Assembly: GCA_964237245.1 (NCBI GenBank)
Contig: CAXSHW010000014.1
Span: 297-61,551 of the forward strand
DNA from: an uncultured Pyrinomonadaceae bacterium
GTDB lineage: Bacteria; Acidobacteriota; Blastocatellia; Pyrinomonadales; Pyrinomonadaceae
Direction of reading: 5' to 3'
DNA: 61,255 nucleotides
The notes under the pieces were generated by a model that saw only the letters and a list, made by a program, of their open reading frames with translations, did not search any database and was not told where the DNA came from. This document shows, one piece after another, positions 46,449 to 55,566 of this stretch. The number at the start of each line of letters is the position of its first letter. Position 1 is the stretch's first letter. Position numbers and translations under genes: made by a program.

Positions 46449-48350
46449 TGGACATCATCGTCGGCACTGCGGGACATATTGACCACGGAAAAACCGCGCT
46501 CGTTAAGGCTCTGACAGGCGTTGACGCCGACCGTCTGCCGGAGGAAAAACAGCGCGGAATTACGATTGATTTGGGTTTTGCCGAACTCGATTTAGAATCG
46601 GTTCGCATCGGTTTTGTTGACGTTCCCGGACACGAAAAATTTGTCAAAAATATGCTGGCGGGCGCGAGCGGCATTGATGTCGTCGCGCTTGTGATTGCCG
46701 CAGACGCGGGCGTGATGCCGCAGACGCGCGAGCATTTTGAAATTTGCCGCCTGCTCGAAACGAAAAGCGGATTTGGTTGACGAAGAACTGCTTGAACTCG
46801 TCAAACTCGAAACGGCTGAACTCGTCGAAAATTCGTTTCTCGAAAATGCTCCGGTGGTTTCGGTCAGCGCGAAAACCGGCAGCGGAATTGCCGAACTCAA
46901 ACAGATTTTACAGAAACTCGCGCTTGAAATTCCCGTTCGCCAAACCGAAGCGATAGCGCGTCTTCCGGTTGACAGAAGTTTTTCCGTCAAAGGTTTCGGC
47001 GCGGTTGTAACCGGAACGCTCGCGTCGGGCGAGATAAATGAAGCGACCGAAATGGAAATTTTACCCGACGGCAAAAAAGTGCGCGTGCGCGGGCTGCAAA
47101 CGCACGGCAAAGCGGTAAAAATTGTTCGCGCCGGACAACGCGCGGCGGTCAATCTCGGCGGAATCGAACACGCCGAACTCGAAAGAGGAATGGTTTTGAC
47201 CGCTCCGAATGTTTTGCGTCCGACGCAGATTTTCGATGCGCGAATCGAAGTTATAAAAGACGCGAAAAGCTCTCTAAAATCGCGCCAGAGAGTTCGCGTT
47301 CACATCGGAACTCTGGAAGCGTTGGCGCGCGTGCGAGTTTTAAATGAAGAAGGCGAAATCGCGCCGGGCGAAAAGGATTTCGCGCAATTCCGGCTTGAAA
47401 TTCCAATCGTCGCCATTCCGAAAGAAATGTTTATTGTTCGCTCTTATTCGCCGCAAATTACGATTGCCGGTGGAAAAATTCTCGATGCTTCGGCAGTTAA
47501 ACATCGGCGAAAAGACTTTGAAAATATTAGAAAATATCTCGGCGATTTAACCGCAGCCGAAAGGGAAAACGATAGAGCGAAACAAATAAAATTATTTCTC
47601 GACGCGGCGAATGAAGGCGGATTGACTTTTGCCGATTTACAGGCGCGAACAGGCTGGCAGACGGAAATTCTGCGAAAAGCGATTGCGGAAAACGTCGAGA
47701 AAAAAGCGATTGTAGAAGCCGAAAATTTTTATGTCGCCCGAACTTCTTTTGAGAGATTAAAAGCGAAAACGCTGGCGGAAATTGAAAGTTATCACCGGCG
47801 CGAACCGCTCGCCAGAGGAATTTTGCGCGAAACTCTGCGCGAGAAAGTCTTTTCGCATCTGGCGCCGGAGATTTTCAAAATTACACTCGTTCGTTTGGAA
47901 AAAGAAGATAAAATTTTTGCCGAAAAAGATTCGGTTCGCGCCGCTTCTCACAATCAGGAGCTTTCGATTGATGAAACCGAAGCTCGAAAAAGATTGGCTG
48001 AAATTTATACGAGCGCGAAGCTGGAAGTTCCGACGCTCGAAAACGCCTTGAAAGAATCAATCAAAAATACAAAACTTTCGCTCGAACACGCCCGCAAAAT
48101 TTTCCAGCTTCTGCTTAATTCCGGCGAAATTGTGAAAATAAGCGAAGAACTTTATTTTTCTAAAAGCGCGATTGATGAATTGATTGAAAAACTGAAAAAT
48201 CTCGCATCAAAATCCTCAGACCGTTTGATTGACGTTACGATATTTAAAGACACGGCTGGTGTTTCGCGCAAATACGCGATTCCGCTTCTGGAATACTTTG
48301 ACCGCGAACGAATTACGCGCAGAGCCGGCGACAAGCGGCTGATTTTGTAA
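46448..48350 (+). pseudogene. selB: Selenocysteine-specific elongation factor SelB, disrupted in the G domain
   Basis: The first 110 codons ([16 protein letters not shown]) stop at 46778-46780. The remainder ([13 protein letters not shown].. through the winged-helix C-terminus) is open in the +1 frame. The strand between helix ..[10 protein letters not shown] and the TKxD motif is missing. Confidence 0.85.
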
Positions 48351-48351
48351 A

Positions 48352-49056
48352 ATGAGAAAGTTTTTGACCGCAAAATGGCAGGATTTGATTATGGCGAATT
48401 ACGAAATCGAGCCGGATTTGCTGAATGGATTTGTGCCGCGAGGAACTGAACTCGACTTTCAGGACGGCAAATGTTTTGCGAGTCTCGTCGCTTTTAAGTT
48501 CTTAGATACGAAAGTTTTAGGCGTGCCGATCCCGTTTCACATCAACTTTGAAGAAATTAATTTGCGCTTTTACGTTCGGCGCGAAACTGCGGAAGAAACA
48601 AAGCGCGGCGTGGTTTTTATAAAGGAAATCGTTCCGCGCCGAACAATTGCCTTTGTCGCCCGCGCTTTTTACGGCGAACCATACGAAACCTGGAAAACGA
48701 GCCACGCTCAAAGCGAGCTGAAACTTTCGTATTTTTGGTCAAAAGCCGAGTGCGAAAATCAAATTGCGGTTGAAATCGGTGAAAATCTCGGCGTGCCGAA
48801 AGAAAATTCACACGGCGAATTTATCATCGAACATTATTGGGGCTATACAAAACGCGGCGAAAATCGAACGGACGAATACAAAGTCGAGCATCCGAAATGG
48901 GAACTTTTCGATGTGAAAAATTACGAAATTAAAACTGATTTCGGGTTTATCTACGGCGAAAACTTCCGTTTTTTAACCGACGCCAAACCGCATTCGATTT
49001 TGCTGGCGAAAGGTTCGGAAATTTCAGTTTATAAAGGCGAAAAACTCAGCGTATAA
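48352..49056 (+). CDS. DUF2071 (YqjF-like) domain protein
   Basis: Starts LTAKWQDLIMANYEIEPDLL.., typical of DUF2071. Confidence 0.75.
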   Translation: MRKFLTAKWQDLIMANYEIEPDLLNGFVPRGTELDFQDGKCFASLVAFKFLDTKVLGVPIPFHINFEEINLRFYVRRETAEETKRGVVFIKEIVPRRTIAFVARAFYGEPYETWKTSHAQSELKLSYFWSKAECENQIAVEIGENLGVPKENSHGEFIIEHYWGYTKRGENRTDEYKVEHPKWELFDVKNYEIKTDFGFIYGENFRFLTDAKPHSILLAKGSEISVYKGEKLSV

Positions 49057-49078
49057 ATTATTAACGCTTGAGTTGATT

Positions 49079-49113
49079 CAAAATCCAAAATCTAAAATCT
49101 AAAATCCAAAATC
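49079..49113. repeat. Five abutting heptamers (C/T)AAAATC immediately upstream of the folA start
   Basis: CAAAATC CAAAATC TAAAATC TAAAATC CAAAATC, ending 4 nt before ATG 49118. Confidence 0.85.
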
Positions 49114-49117
49114 GAAT

Positions 49118-49594
49118 ATGGCAGTAATCGGAATCGTTGCAATCGCGCAAAATTACGCTATCGGCAGAGACGGAAAATTGCCGTGGCGTCGTTCGGCTGA
49201 TTTGCGGTTTTTCAAGCAAACGACGCTCGAACACGCGGTTGCAATGGGTTTTAATACTTGGAAATCAATCGGCAAACCTCTGCCGCAACGTCTGAATATC
49301 GTTTTGAGCAGAACCAGAAACGTCGAAAGTCAGCCGAACGTTTTGCTTTTGCGAAATACAGAAGAAGTTTTAAGTCTGGCAAATTATTTGAAGTGCGATT
49401 TGTTCATTATCGGCGGCGCGAAAACTTACGAAAATTTCGCCGGTGCGATTGAAAAATGGATTGTTACGGAAATTCTCGAAACAATCGAAGACGCCGATAC
49501 TTTTATGCCAAAAGATTTTTTAGACGATTTTACGGTCAAGGAAACGAAACAACTCGAAGACGATTTGCGAGTGAAAATTTATGAACGAATTTAG
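49118..49594 (+). CDS. folA: Dihydrofolate reductase
   Basis: IVAIAQNYAIGRDGKLPW.....DLRFFKQTT.. together with the LIIGGAKTYE-type motif (LFIIGGAKTYE). Confidence 0.9.
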   Translation: MAVIGIVAIAQNYAIGRDGKLPWRRSADLRFFKQTTLEHAVAMGFNTWKSIGKPLPQRLNIVLSRTRNVESQPNVLLLRNTEEVLSLANYLKCDLFIIGGAKTYENFAGAIEKWIVTEILETIEDADTFMPKDFLDDFTVKETKQLEDDLRVKIYERI

Positions 49595-49609
49595 AAAGCG
49601 TTTGAAAAA

Positions 49610-49691
49610 GTCGGCAATTTTACATTCTAAATTCTAAATTCTAAATTTTTTTTCGATAAAAATGAAAAATGTAAAATTCAGAATTGCCGAC
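49610..49691. repeat. Hairpin after folA with an ATTCTAA x3 heptamer array in the left arm
   Basis: gtcggcaatt (49610-49619) is the reverse complement of aattgccgac (49682-49691). The inner arms pair with a 7-nt register shift. ATTCTAA sits at 49624, 49631 and 49638. Confidence 0.75.
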
Positions 49692-49754
49692 ATCTTTCTC
49701 ATTTTTGAGGATGATTTTAGTTTTCCGATCCTTCGAGAATCGTTTTGTTTTGAA

Positions 49755-49802
49755 CAAAAAAAGTCGAGAGGTTTTCAAACTTGAAAACCTCTCGACTTTT
49801 TT
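49755..49802. terminator. Bidirectional terminator
   Basis: gtcgagaggttttcaa (49763-49778) pairs with ttgaaaacctctcgac (49781-49796), flanked by an A-run and a T-run. Confidence 0.8.
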
Positions 49803-49820
49803 ACGCGAACGAGAATTCGG

Positions 49821-50432
49821 TTATTGAGATTTCATACTCGCGTTTTCTTTTTGTTTGTCGGTCAGCGGAATATTCATTTTTTCGAGCGTCACTTGATTAA
49901 GCGTTCCCGTTACTTTCAAGCCGTTTTCTTTTTGGTAAGTTTTTAAACCGTCGCGCGTCGTGTCGTCGAGTTTGCCCGTTTCCGTTACTTTCAGCATTTT
50001 CTGCGCCTGCGTGATTTGTTCTTTGTTGGCGCGGAAAACGGGAGCGCGTTTTTTTGTTTTGGTTGATTTGCCTGCGCTGTCGGATGCGGCAAAAGAGCTT
50101 GCGGAAACAGGAATCGTCTTTTGCTGGTCAGTCAGTTCGACGTTCATTTTTTCGAGGGTCGCGCGATTTAATGTGCCGGTCGCTTTCAAGCCGTTTTCCG
50201 ACTGATATTTTTTGATTGCGTCGCGCGTTTCATCGTTGAGCTTGCCGGTTTCGGAAACTTTCAACATTTTTTGCGTCTTTGTCACCTGTTCTTTGTTAGC
50301 GCGAAAAATTTGCTTTTTCGGTTTTTCGCTGGTTGTTTGAGCGGTTGACATTTTCCCCGTCGAATCAGTCTGAGCGTTGACAGCATTGCCGAGTAAAAAA
50401 AGTGTGGTTAGAATTAACAGAAATTTTTTCAT
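49821..50432 (-). CDS. Secreted protein with two peptidoglycan-binding (PG_binding_1) domains
   Basis: Signal peptide and two copies of about 70 aa (FRANKEQ(V/I)T..QKMLKV(S/T)ETGKL(N/D)..T(R)D..K.YQ.ENGLK(A/V)TGTLN..TLEKMN). RBS is AGGAGA. Confidence 0.85.
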   Translation of the reverse strand: MKKFLLILTTLFLLGNAVNAQTDSTGKMSTAQTTSEKPKKQIFRANKEQVTKTQKMLKVSETGKLNDETRDAIKKYQSENGLKATGTLNRATLEKMNVELTDQQKTIPVSASSFAASDSAGKSTKTKKRAPVFRANKEQITQAQKMLKVTETGKLDDTTRDGLKTYQKENGLKVTGTLNQVTLEKMNIPLTDKQKENASMKSQ

Positions 50433-50542
50433 TTATTTTCTCCTAAGATTTATAAGGTTGAGCGCAATTCGAGAAACTGAGCCTTCTGAGTAGGACGGCA
50501 ACTCGCGTCATTTCCGAATCGCTGTAAGAGTTAAGTGAACTA

Positions 50543-50571
50543 AGTATCGTTGCAATCGGCTAATCTGTCAA
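50543..50571 (-). promoter_or_regulatory. Sigma70-like promoter for the PG-binding gene
   Basis: On the minus strand: TTGACA, 17 nt, GATACT. This predicts a leader of about 100 nt. Confidence 0.35.
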
Positions 50572-50584
50572 GACGTTCGGCAAA

Positions 50585-51220
50585 TCAGCCGCCGGTCTGC
50601 CACGTTTTTATAGCGTCAATCGGATGAATGAGCATAATGATATTTATCAAAAGACTGTCTCGGATGGTGAAAATTAACACGATTTCAATGAGCGCGAACA
50701 AAGCGATTGAACGCCAAAGCCTGAGTTTGTCGGCGAGGAAAAAACCGGCGGCGCAGCTCAGAATATCGCCGAACGAGTTGGCAATCGAGTCGCCGAAATA
50801 ATCGAGCGAAACGGTCGCGTGACGGTAGCGCTCAATTATCGCGTTGCTGTTTTCGAGAATTTCCCAGCCGGATTCGACTGAAAGAGCGAAAAACAACAGC
50901 CAGGCGATTGGCAGGCGCCGGCGAAAAATCAGAAATAAAGCGGCGTAATAAAGCAATCCGTGAAGAACGTGCGTAAAACTATACGGGTCGAAAAGATGCT
51001 GCGAACTGTGTTTGCTCCAGGCGTCGCTCGACCACAAAAGATATGGACTGTCCCATTTGCACCACCAAATTCTGCCTTCCCAACGCAGCACAAAAATTGT
51101 CAGCAAAATGATCGCTGCCATCAAAACCCACGGCAGATATTTTTTCCGCCGGTCGAAATCTATCGAAGAATTTTTAGTGTCGAAGGCAATTTTTTCGGAA
51201 GTTCGTTCGGATTTAGACAT
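50585..51220 (-). CDS. DUF2585 (UPF0314) family membrane protein
   Basis: Motifs ..SSQHLFDPYSFTHVLHG.. and ..WEILENS..IERYR... ATG 51220 (MSKSERT). Confidence 0.78.
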   Translation of the reverse strand: MSKSERTSEKIAFDTKNSSIDFDRRKKYLPWVLMAAIILLTIFVLRWEGRIWWCKWDSPYLLWSSDAWSKHSSQHLFDPYSFTHVLHGLLYYAALFLIFRRRLPIAWLLFFALSVESGWEILENSNAIIERYRHATVSLDYFGDSIANSFGDILSCAAGFFLADKLRLWRSIALFALIEIVLIFTIRDSLLINIIMLIHPIDAIKTWQTGG

Positions 51221-51286
51221 TTTTTTAGGTTGTTTCTCAAACTGAATGAATCTTATTACGCAATTCCGAAATAAACAAAAACCAAC

Positions 51287-51326
51287 AAAAAAAATCAGCC
51301 GAAATAACATTCGACTGATTTTTTAC
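51287..51326 (-). terminator. Terminator after the MqnA/D-like gene
   Basis: atcagccgaa (51294-51303) pairs with ttcgactgat (51310-51319) with one mismatch. On the minus strand a T-run follows. Confidence 0.6.
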
Positions 51327-51345
51327 TTTTTCGCGCTTGGATAAT

Positions 51346-52194
51346 TTAATCTACGAAATCAACTTCGACTTGGTTTGGAATAATTCCTTTTTCGTAACCT
51401 TCCTGAAGCAAAAGGCGGACGGCTTGTCTGCCTCGGTCGCCGTAGTCGAGCGTTAAATCGTTGACCCACATCGCCACAAAACGGTCGGCGAGTTCCGGCG
51501 GCATATCGCGGGCAAACTGCATCGCATAAGCGAGCGCGTCTTCGCGGTGATCGAGCGAATACTTAATGCTTTTATGAAGACAGCTCGAAACTTTGCGCAT
51601 CAAATCTTCGCCTAAATCGCGCCGGATGACGTTGCCGCCCATCGGCAGCGGCAAGCCGGTTTTTTCATACCACCATTCGCCCAAATCAAGCACTTTATCA
51701 AGTCCGATTTGTTTGTAGAAAAGTTGTCCTTCGTGAATCAGAAGTCCCGCGTCGGCTTTGCCTTGCTGCACGGTTTCAATTATTTTATCGAACGGCACGA
51801 CCGTGTATTCAAAATCCTGATTGTAAATTTTAAGAGCTAAAAACGCGCTCGTCATTTCGCCCGGAATGGCGATTTTCATCTGCGAAATTTCTTCCGGTTT
51901 GCGCTGTTCTTTTGAAACTAAAATCGGACCGTATTTGTCGCCGATGCTCGCGCCGTGCGGAAGCAGCGCGTATTTATCCGAGATATAAGCATAGGCGTGA
52001 AAGCTAACTGCCGTCACGTCAAACACGCCGCGTTTGGCGTCTTCGTTTAAGGTTTGAATGTCTTTTAAGGTGTGTTCAAATTTCAAACCGTCGGTTTCGA
52101 GCTTGTTCGTCGCCAAGCCGTAAAACATAAATGCGTCGTCCGAATCGGGCGAATGCGCGACGGTAATTGTTCTTTTTTCGGGTTTTGCTTCCAT
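51346..52194 (-). CDS. MqnA/MqnD/SBP-family protein (futalosine-pathway menaquinone biosynthesis-like)
   Basis: N-terminal [18 protein letters not shown] motif and a periplasmic-binding-protein-like fold, as in the MqnA/MqnD family. Confidence 0.7.
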   Translation of the reverse strand: MEAKPEKRTITVAHSPDSDDAFMFYGLATNKLETDGLKFEHTLKDIQTLNEDAKRGVFDVTAVSFHAYAYISDKYALLPHGASIGDKYGPILVSKEQRKPEEISQMKIAIPGEMTSAFLALKIYNQDFEYTVVPFDKIIETVQQGKADAGLLIHEGQLFYKQIGLDKVLDLGEWWYEKTGLPLPMGGNVIRRDLGEDLMRKVSSCLHKSIKYSLDHREDALAYAMQFARDMPPELADRFVAMWVNDLTLDYGDRGRQAVRLLLQEGYEKGIIPNQVEVDFVD

Positions 52195-52205
52195 AAATTA
52201 AAAAA

Positions 52206-52958
52206 TTAAATTTGTCCGTAGAAAACGTTGGTGTCATATAAAATTTCTATTTTACCGTTTCGATTGTATTCGGCAAAAAGCGATTTGAGGTTTCCGAGCA
52301 TTTCAGAAAAACGCGGATTTTCCGCCGTCGGCATATAAGAAGACGACAGCATTCTGCCTCTTAAACCTTCAAAATCAACTGTTTGCGCGTTTGAAAAAGT
52401 TTTTTGCTCAAAGTCAGTCTGAAAAAAATCCCGTAAAGTTTCTTTCGTCACGTTTTCGTGTCGAACCGTTTCGTAATCCGTTCCGAACTCAATCAATAAT
52501 TGTTCGTAACCGCGCAAAAAAGCGTTCGAATCAAGCTGACGTTCGTTCCACATCAAAGCGACAAAACCGTTTCGGCGCAAAATTCTCTTAAATTCTTCGC
52601 GCGTTTTCGTTCGGTCAAACCAGTGAAACGCCTGCGCCGCGATGACGAAATCAATCGAATCGTTTTCAAGCGTCGTGTTTTCCGAAGTTCCGTTGACGCT
52701 TTTGAAATTCGGAAATTCTTTTAGAAAATTTTCCGCCGCCGAACGCATCGCTTCGTTCGGTTCAACGCCGAAAACCCGGCTGCCGTTTTCAAGAAAGATT
52801 TTCGCGGAAATTCCCGTTCCCGAACCGATGTCGGCAATAATCGAATTTTCGCGCAGATTCATTTCATTTTGAAAAAGCCGCAAAACTTCTTTCGGGTAAG
52901 TCGGGCGATATTTAACGTAATTTTCGACGCGATTGGAAAATCTTTCGACGGTTTTCAT
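52206..52958 (-). CDS. Class I SAM-dependent methyltransferase
   Basis: IADIGSGTGIS SAM motif. Confidence 0.85.
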   Translation of the reverse strand: MKTVERFSNRVENYVKYRPTYPKEVLRLFQNEMNLRENSIIADIGSGTGISAKIFLENGSRVFGVEPNEAMRSAAENFLKEFPNFKSVNGTSENTTLENDSIDFVIAAQAFHWFDRTKTREEFKRILRRNGFVALMWNERQLDSNAFLRGYEQLLIEFGTDYETVRHENVTKETLRDFFQTDFEQKTFSNAQTVDFEGLRGRMLSSSYMPTAENPRFSEMLGNLKSLFAEYNRNGKIEILYDTNVFYGQI

Positions 52959-52983
52959 TGCTGTTTTCGATACGAAAATTTTA

Positions 52984-53601
52984 TCACGAATCGGCGACTT
53001 CTTCGCCTGTCCACTGAGTTTTTTTCGAGTGCGGAATGTCGAATTGATCTAAAATCCGGTAACACAAGTGATTTACTAGGTCGTCAATCGTTTTCGGTTT
53101 GTGATAAAAACTCGGACTTGCCGCGAGAATCGTCGCGCCCGCGCGTGAAAGTCTGAGCATATTTTCCAGATGAATCTGATTAAAAGGCGTTTCGCGCGGA
53201 ACTAAGACGAGTTTGCGATTTTCCTTCAAGCAAACGTCCGCCGCGCGATGTATCAGATTCGTTCCCGCGCCCGACGCAATCGCGCCCAGAGTTCCCATCG
53301 AACACGGCACGATGATCATTCCGGCTTGTTTATTTGAACCCGACGCCGGTTTCGCCGCCAGATTTTCCTGATTCCAAAAGCGAATTAATTTTGAGTTTTT
53401 CTCTAAACCGATCCATTCATTGATTTTTTTCGTGTCTGGTTCGCGCAAATTGACGTTCATTTCAACCTGCGCGACCGTAATGGAAGTGGCGGACATTATC
53501 AAGTTTATCGTCTCGACCGCGCCGCTCGTCGCCAAAAGCTGCAAAGTTCTGTAAGCGTAAATTGTGCCTGACGCGCCTGTTACGGCAACTGTTAATTCCA
53601 T
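52984..53601 (-). CDS. ubiX: UbiX-family flavin prenyltransferase
   Basis: VAVTGASG.. and IVPCSMGTLGAIASG motifs. Confidence 0.9.
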   Translation of the reverse strand: MELTVAVTGASGTIYAYRTLQLLATSGAVETINLIMSATSITVAQVEMNVNLREPDTKKINEWIGLEKNSKLIRFWNQENLAAKPASGSNKQAGMIIVPCSMGTLGAIASGAGTNLIHRAADVCLKENRKLVLVPRETPFNQIHLENMLRLSRAGATILAASPSFYHKPKTIDDLVNHLCYRILDQFDIPHSKKTQWTGEEVADS

Positions 53602-53724
53602 ACAAACTTATTCGATGCTTAACTTTAACACTTTCGTAATTTATAAATCCAATCGGAACATAAAACCATCCGGTTTGTGTATAATCTTTTCTAAAGATAA
53701 GCTGAATTCAGGATAAGAATTTTT

Positions 53725-53845
53725 CACCGCAGAGGACGCGGAGAGCGCAGAGATTTTTTTTGTTGCTTTAGAGAGCGCAACCTTTAAAGTAAGAATTTTA
53801 TTTTTTTGTTAGTTTTTATTGATTCTCTCGGTGTCCTCTGCGGTT
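53725..53845. repeat. CACCGCAGAG-family hairpin element, copy 2
   Basis: accgcagaggac (53726-53737) is the reverse complement of gtcctctgcggt (53833-53844). Another 6 bp pair inside. An inner hairpin is gttgc..gcaac (53762-53780). Confidence 0.8.
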
Positions 53846-53890
53846 ATTTTTTCTTAATCCAAACTGACGTTAAAAGTAAACAAAAAATTT

Positions 53891-54649
53891 ATGAATGCGG
53901 AAGAAATCAAAGAAATTTTGTCGTCGCATAACTCAGGCGCGATTTCGACTGAAGAAGCGACAGAAAAAATAAAAAATCTCTCGTTTGAAAACATCGGCTA
54001 CGCGCGTGTTGATCACGCGCGCGCGGAACGTCAAGGTTTTCCCGAAGTAATTTTCGGACAGGGGAAAACTCTCGAACAAATTGTCGGAATTTTTGAAAGG
54101 TTGGTTGCAAAATCGCCTAACGTTTTGATAACCCGAACGAATCGAGACGTTTACGGCGAGATCCGCAATGTTTTTGTCGAAGCCGAATGGCACGAATCGG
54201 CGAAACTGATTCGCGTCTTTCGAGATAAGACCGAACTCGGCGCGGGTGAAATCTCGGTCGTAACAGCCGGAACGAGCGATATTCCGGTTGCCGAAGAAGC
54301 CGCGCTCGTCGCCGAAACAATGGGCAATCAGGTTAAAAGAATCTGGGATGCGGGCGTCGCCGGAATTCACCGGATTTTAGCCGAAAGGGAAGTTTTGCAA
54401 AACGCGCGAGTCGTCGTCGTCGCCGCCGGAATGGAAGGCGCGCTGCCGTCGGTCGTCGGCGGTCTGGTCAAAGTTCCGGTCATCGCCGTCCCGACTTCAA
54501 TCGGCTACGGCGCGTCTTTCAACGGTCTTGCCGCATTGCTTGGAATGCTCAATTCGTGCGCTTCAAACGTGACGGTCGTCAACATTGACAACGGTTTCGG
54601 TGCTGGCTTTGTCGCAAGTTTAATAAATCGAAAATTTGAAGAAAACTGA
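53891..54649 (+). CDS. larB: LarB (nickel-pincer cofactor biosynthesis; AIR-carboxylase-like pyridinium-3,5-biscarboxylic acid mononucleotide synthase)
   Basis: N-terminal ..[24 protein letters not shown].. followed by a PurE-like domain ([28 protein letters not shown]). Confidence 0.82.
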   Translation: MNAEEIKEILSSHNSGAISTEEATEKIKNLSFENIGYARVDHARAERQGFPEVIFGQGKTLEQIVGIFERLVAKSPNVLITRTNRDVYGEIRNVFVEAEWHESAKLIRVFRDKTELGAGEISVVTAGTSDIPVAEEAALVAETMGNQVKRIWDAGVAGIHRILAEREVLQNARVVVVAAGMEGALPSVVGGLVKVPVIAVPTSIGYGASFNGLAALLGMLNSCASNVTVVNIDNGFGAGFVASLINRKFEEN

Positions 54650-54794
54650 AGTCAAAGTTGATAATTCAAAACAAAAATATTATCTGGTATTTTTCTAATT
54701 TTAGCGGCTGGAAGTGACAATCGAAAAGTTGATTTTTGACTGCTTGATAAATCATCAGACTAACTTAGTTAAGAGATTTTAAATATGAGAATAG

Positions 54795-55488
54795 TTTTGA
54801 GACACTTTTAATCAGTCTAATTAATTGTAATCAAAGCATAGTTATTTATTCTACAAACGGGCGTTTTTTGACACTATTTGAGAGTAGCTGGAAATGGTAT
54901 ATCCAGAGAATCTGATTTGATAGCTTGGACTTCAGAGATAATAAAAAGATATTTATAACCATTAAGATGTCCAAACCCCGAATCATCGTGCTTTCTTTTC
55001 TTAAATTCCCCAACAATATCAACAATTAATCTTTTTTCTCCACCTTTATTTAGATTCAGTAGGTAAGGATAGAGTTTTTTATAAACTGCTACATTATCTT
55101 TTGTTTCATACCAAACAATCTGCTCTTCTCCAGAACAATCAATGCCGTATAAAATCGAGGTTTCTTTAGCTACAAATAGAACAGCCGAAGTTTGAACAGT
55201 CTTTCCGTCAAAGTCATCAGCGTTTCGGATAAGGTCACAAAAAGGAACGGATTTTCCTTCTTCAGTTTTATTATTTGCGGAGTAATCGGCTGATTTTGAT
55301 ACTGTAGTCGAGCTATTACAGCCCGCAAAGATTATTACCAATAATAGACTTAGAAATACTATTGCTATTCCTGTCCAAAGAGTATATTTCGCTGAATAGT
55401 TCGGTAAGTAATTCCACTTTTTATCATCATTTTCTTTCATCTTGCATTGTTCGTTACATAATTACTTTTGATTAAAAGCGTCTCAAAA
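54795..55488. repeat. 20-bp inverted repeats (19/20) bracketing an AT-rich orphan gene
   Basis: ttttgagacacttttaatca (54795-54814) matches the reverse complement of tgattaaaagcgtctcaaaa (55469-55488). Confidence 0.7.
54874..55440 (-). CDS. Hypothetical lipoprotein (AT-rich orphan)
   Basis: 188-aa ORF with a TM/lipobox segment LLLVIIFAG-C. I recognised no family. Confidence 0.6.
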   Translation of the reverse strand: MKENDDKKWNYLPNYSAKYTLWTGIAIVFLSLLLVIIFAGCNSSTTVSKSADYSANNKTEEGKSVPFCDLIRNADDFDGKTVQTSAVLFVAKETSILYGIDCSGEEQIVWYETKDNVAVYKKLYPYLLNLNKGGEKRLIVDIVGEFKKRKHDDSGFGHLNGYKYLFIISEVQAIKSDSLDIPFPATLK

Positions 55489-55566
55489 AGGGTCGTTTTT
55501 GAAATGGTAACTAATTCACAGAGATTGAAACCAAAACATTTTAGTAATATATCTTATTCTTTAAAT

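Noticed and set aside
46757-46780. Programmed +1 ribosomal frameshift at the A4 run (ACG AAA AGC) in selB. This would yield an intact TKAD motif.
   Set aside because: Even the frameshifted product would lack the conserved hydrophobic strand preceding the NKxD/TKxD motif, so the G domain could not fold normally. No stimulatory stop or rare codon follows the slippery site.
1425-47152. Long ORFs antisense to annotated genes, for example 1425-1949, 4895-5485, 25664-26269, 39778-40362, 43595-44212 and 46592-47152.
   Set aside because: Each lies entirely opposite a gene with clear family signatures. Their products are Arg/Ser/Phe-rich low-complexity sequence with no recognisable motifs. These are typical shadow ORFs.
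50433-50584. Possible riboswitch (for example c-di-AMP/ydaO class, which often precedes cell-wall genes) in the roughly 100-nt leader of the PG-binding gene.
   Set aside because: I could not find the conserved ydaO core segments or any other riboswitch signature I recognise. Only a covariance-model search could settle it.
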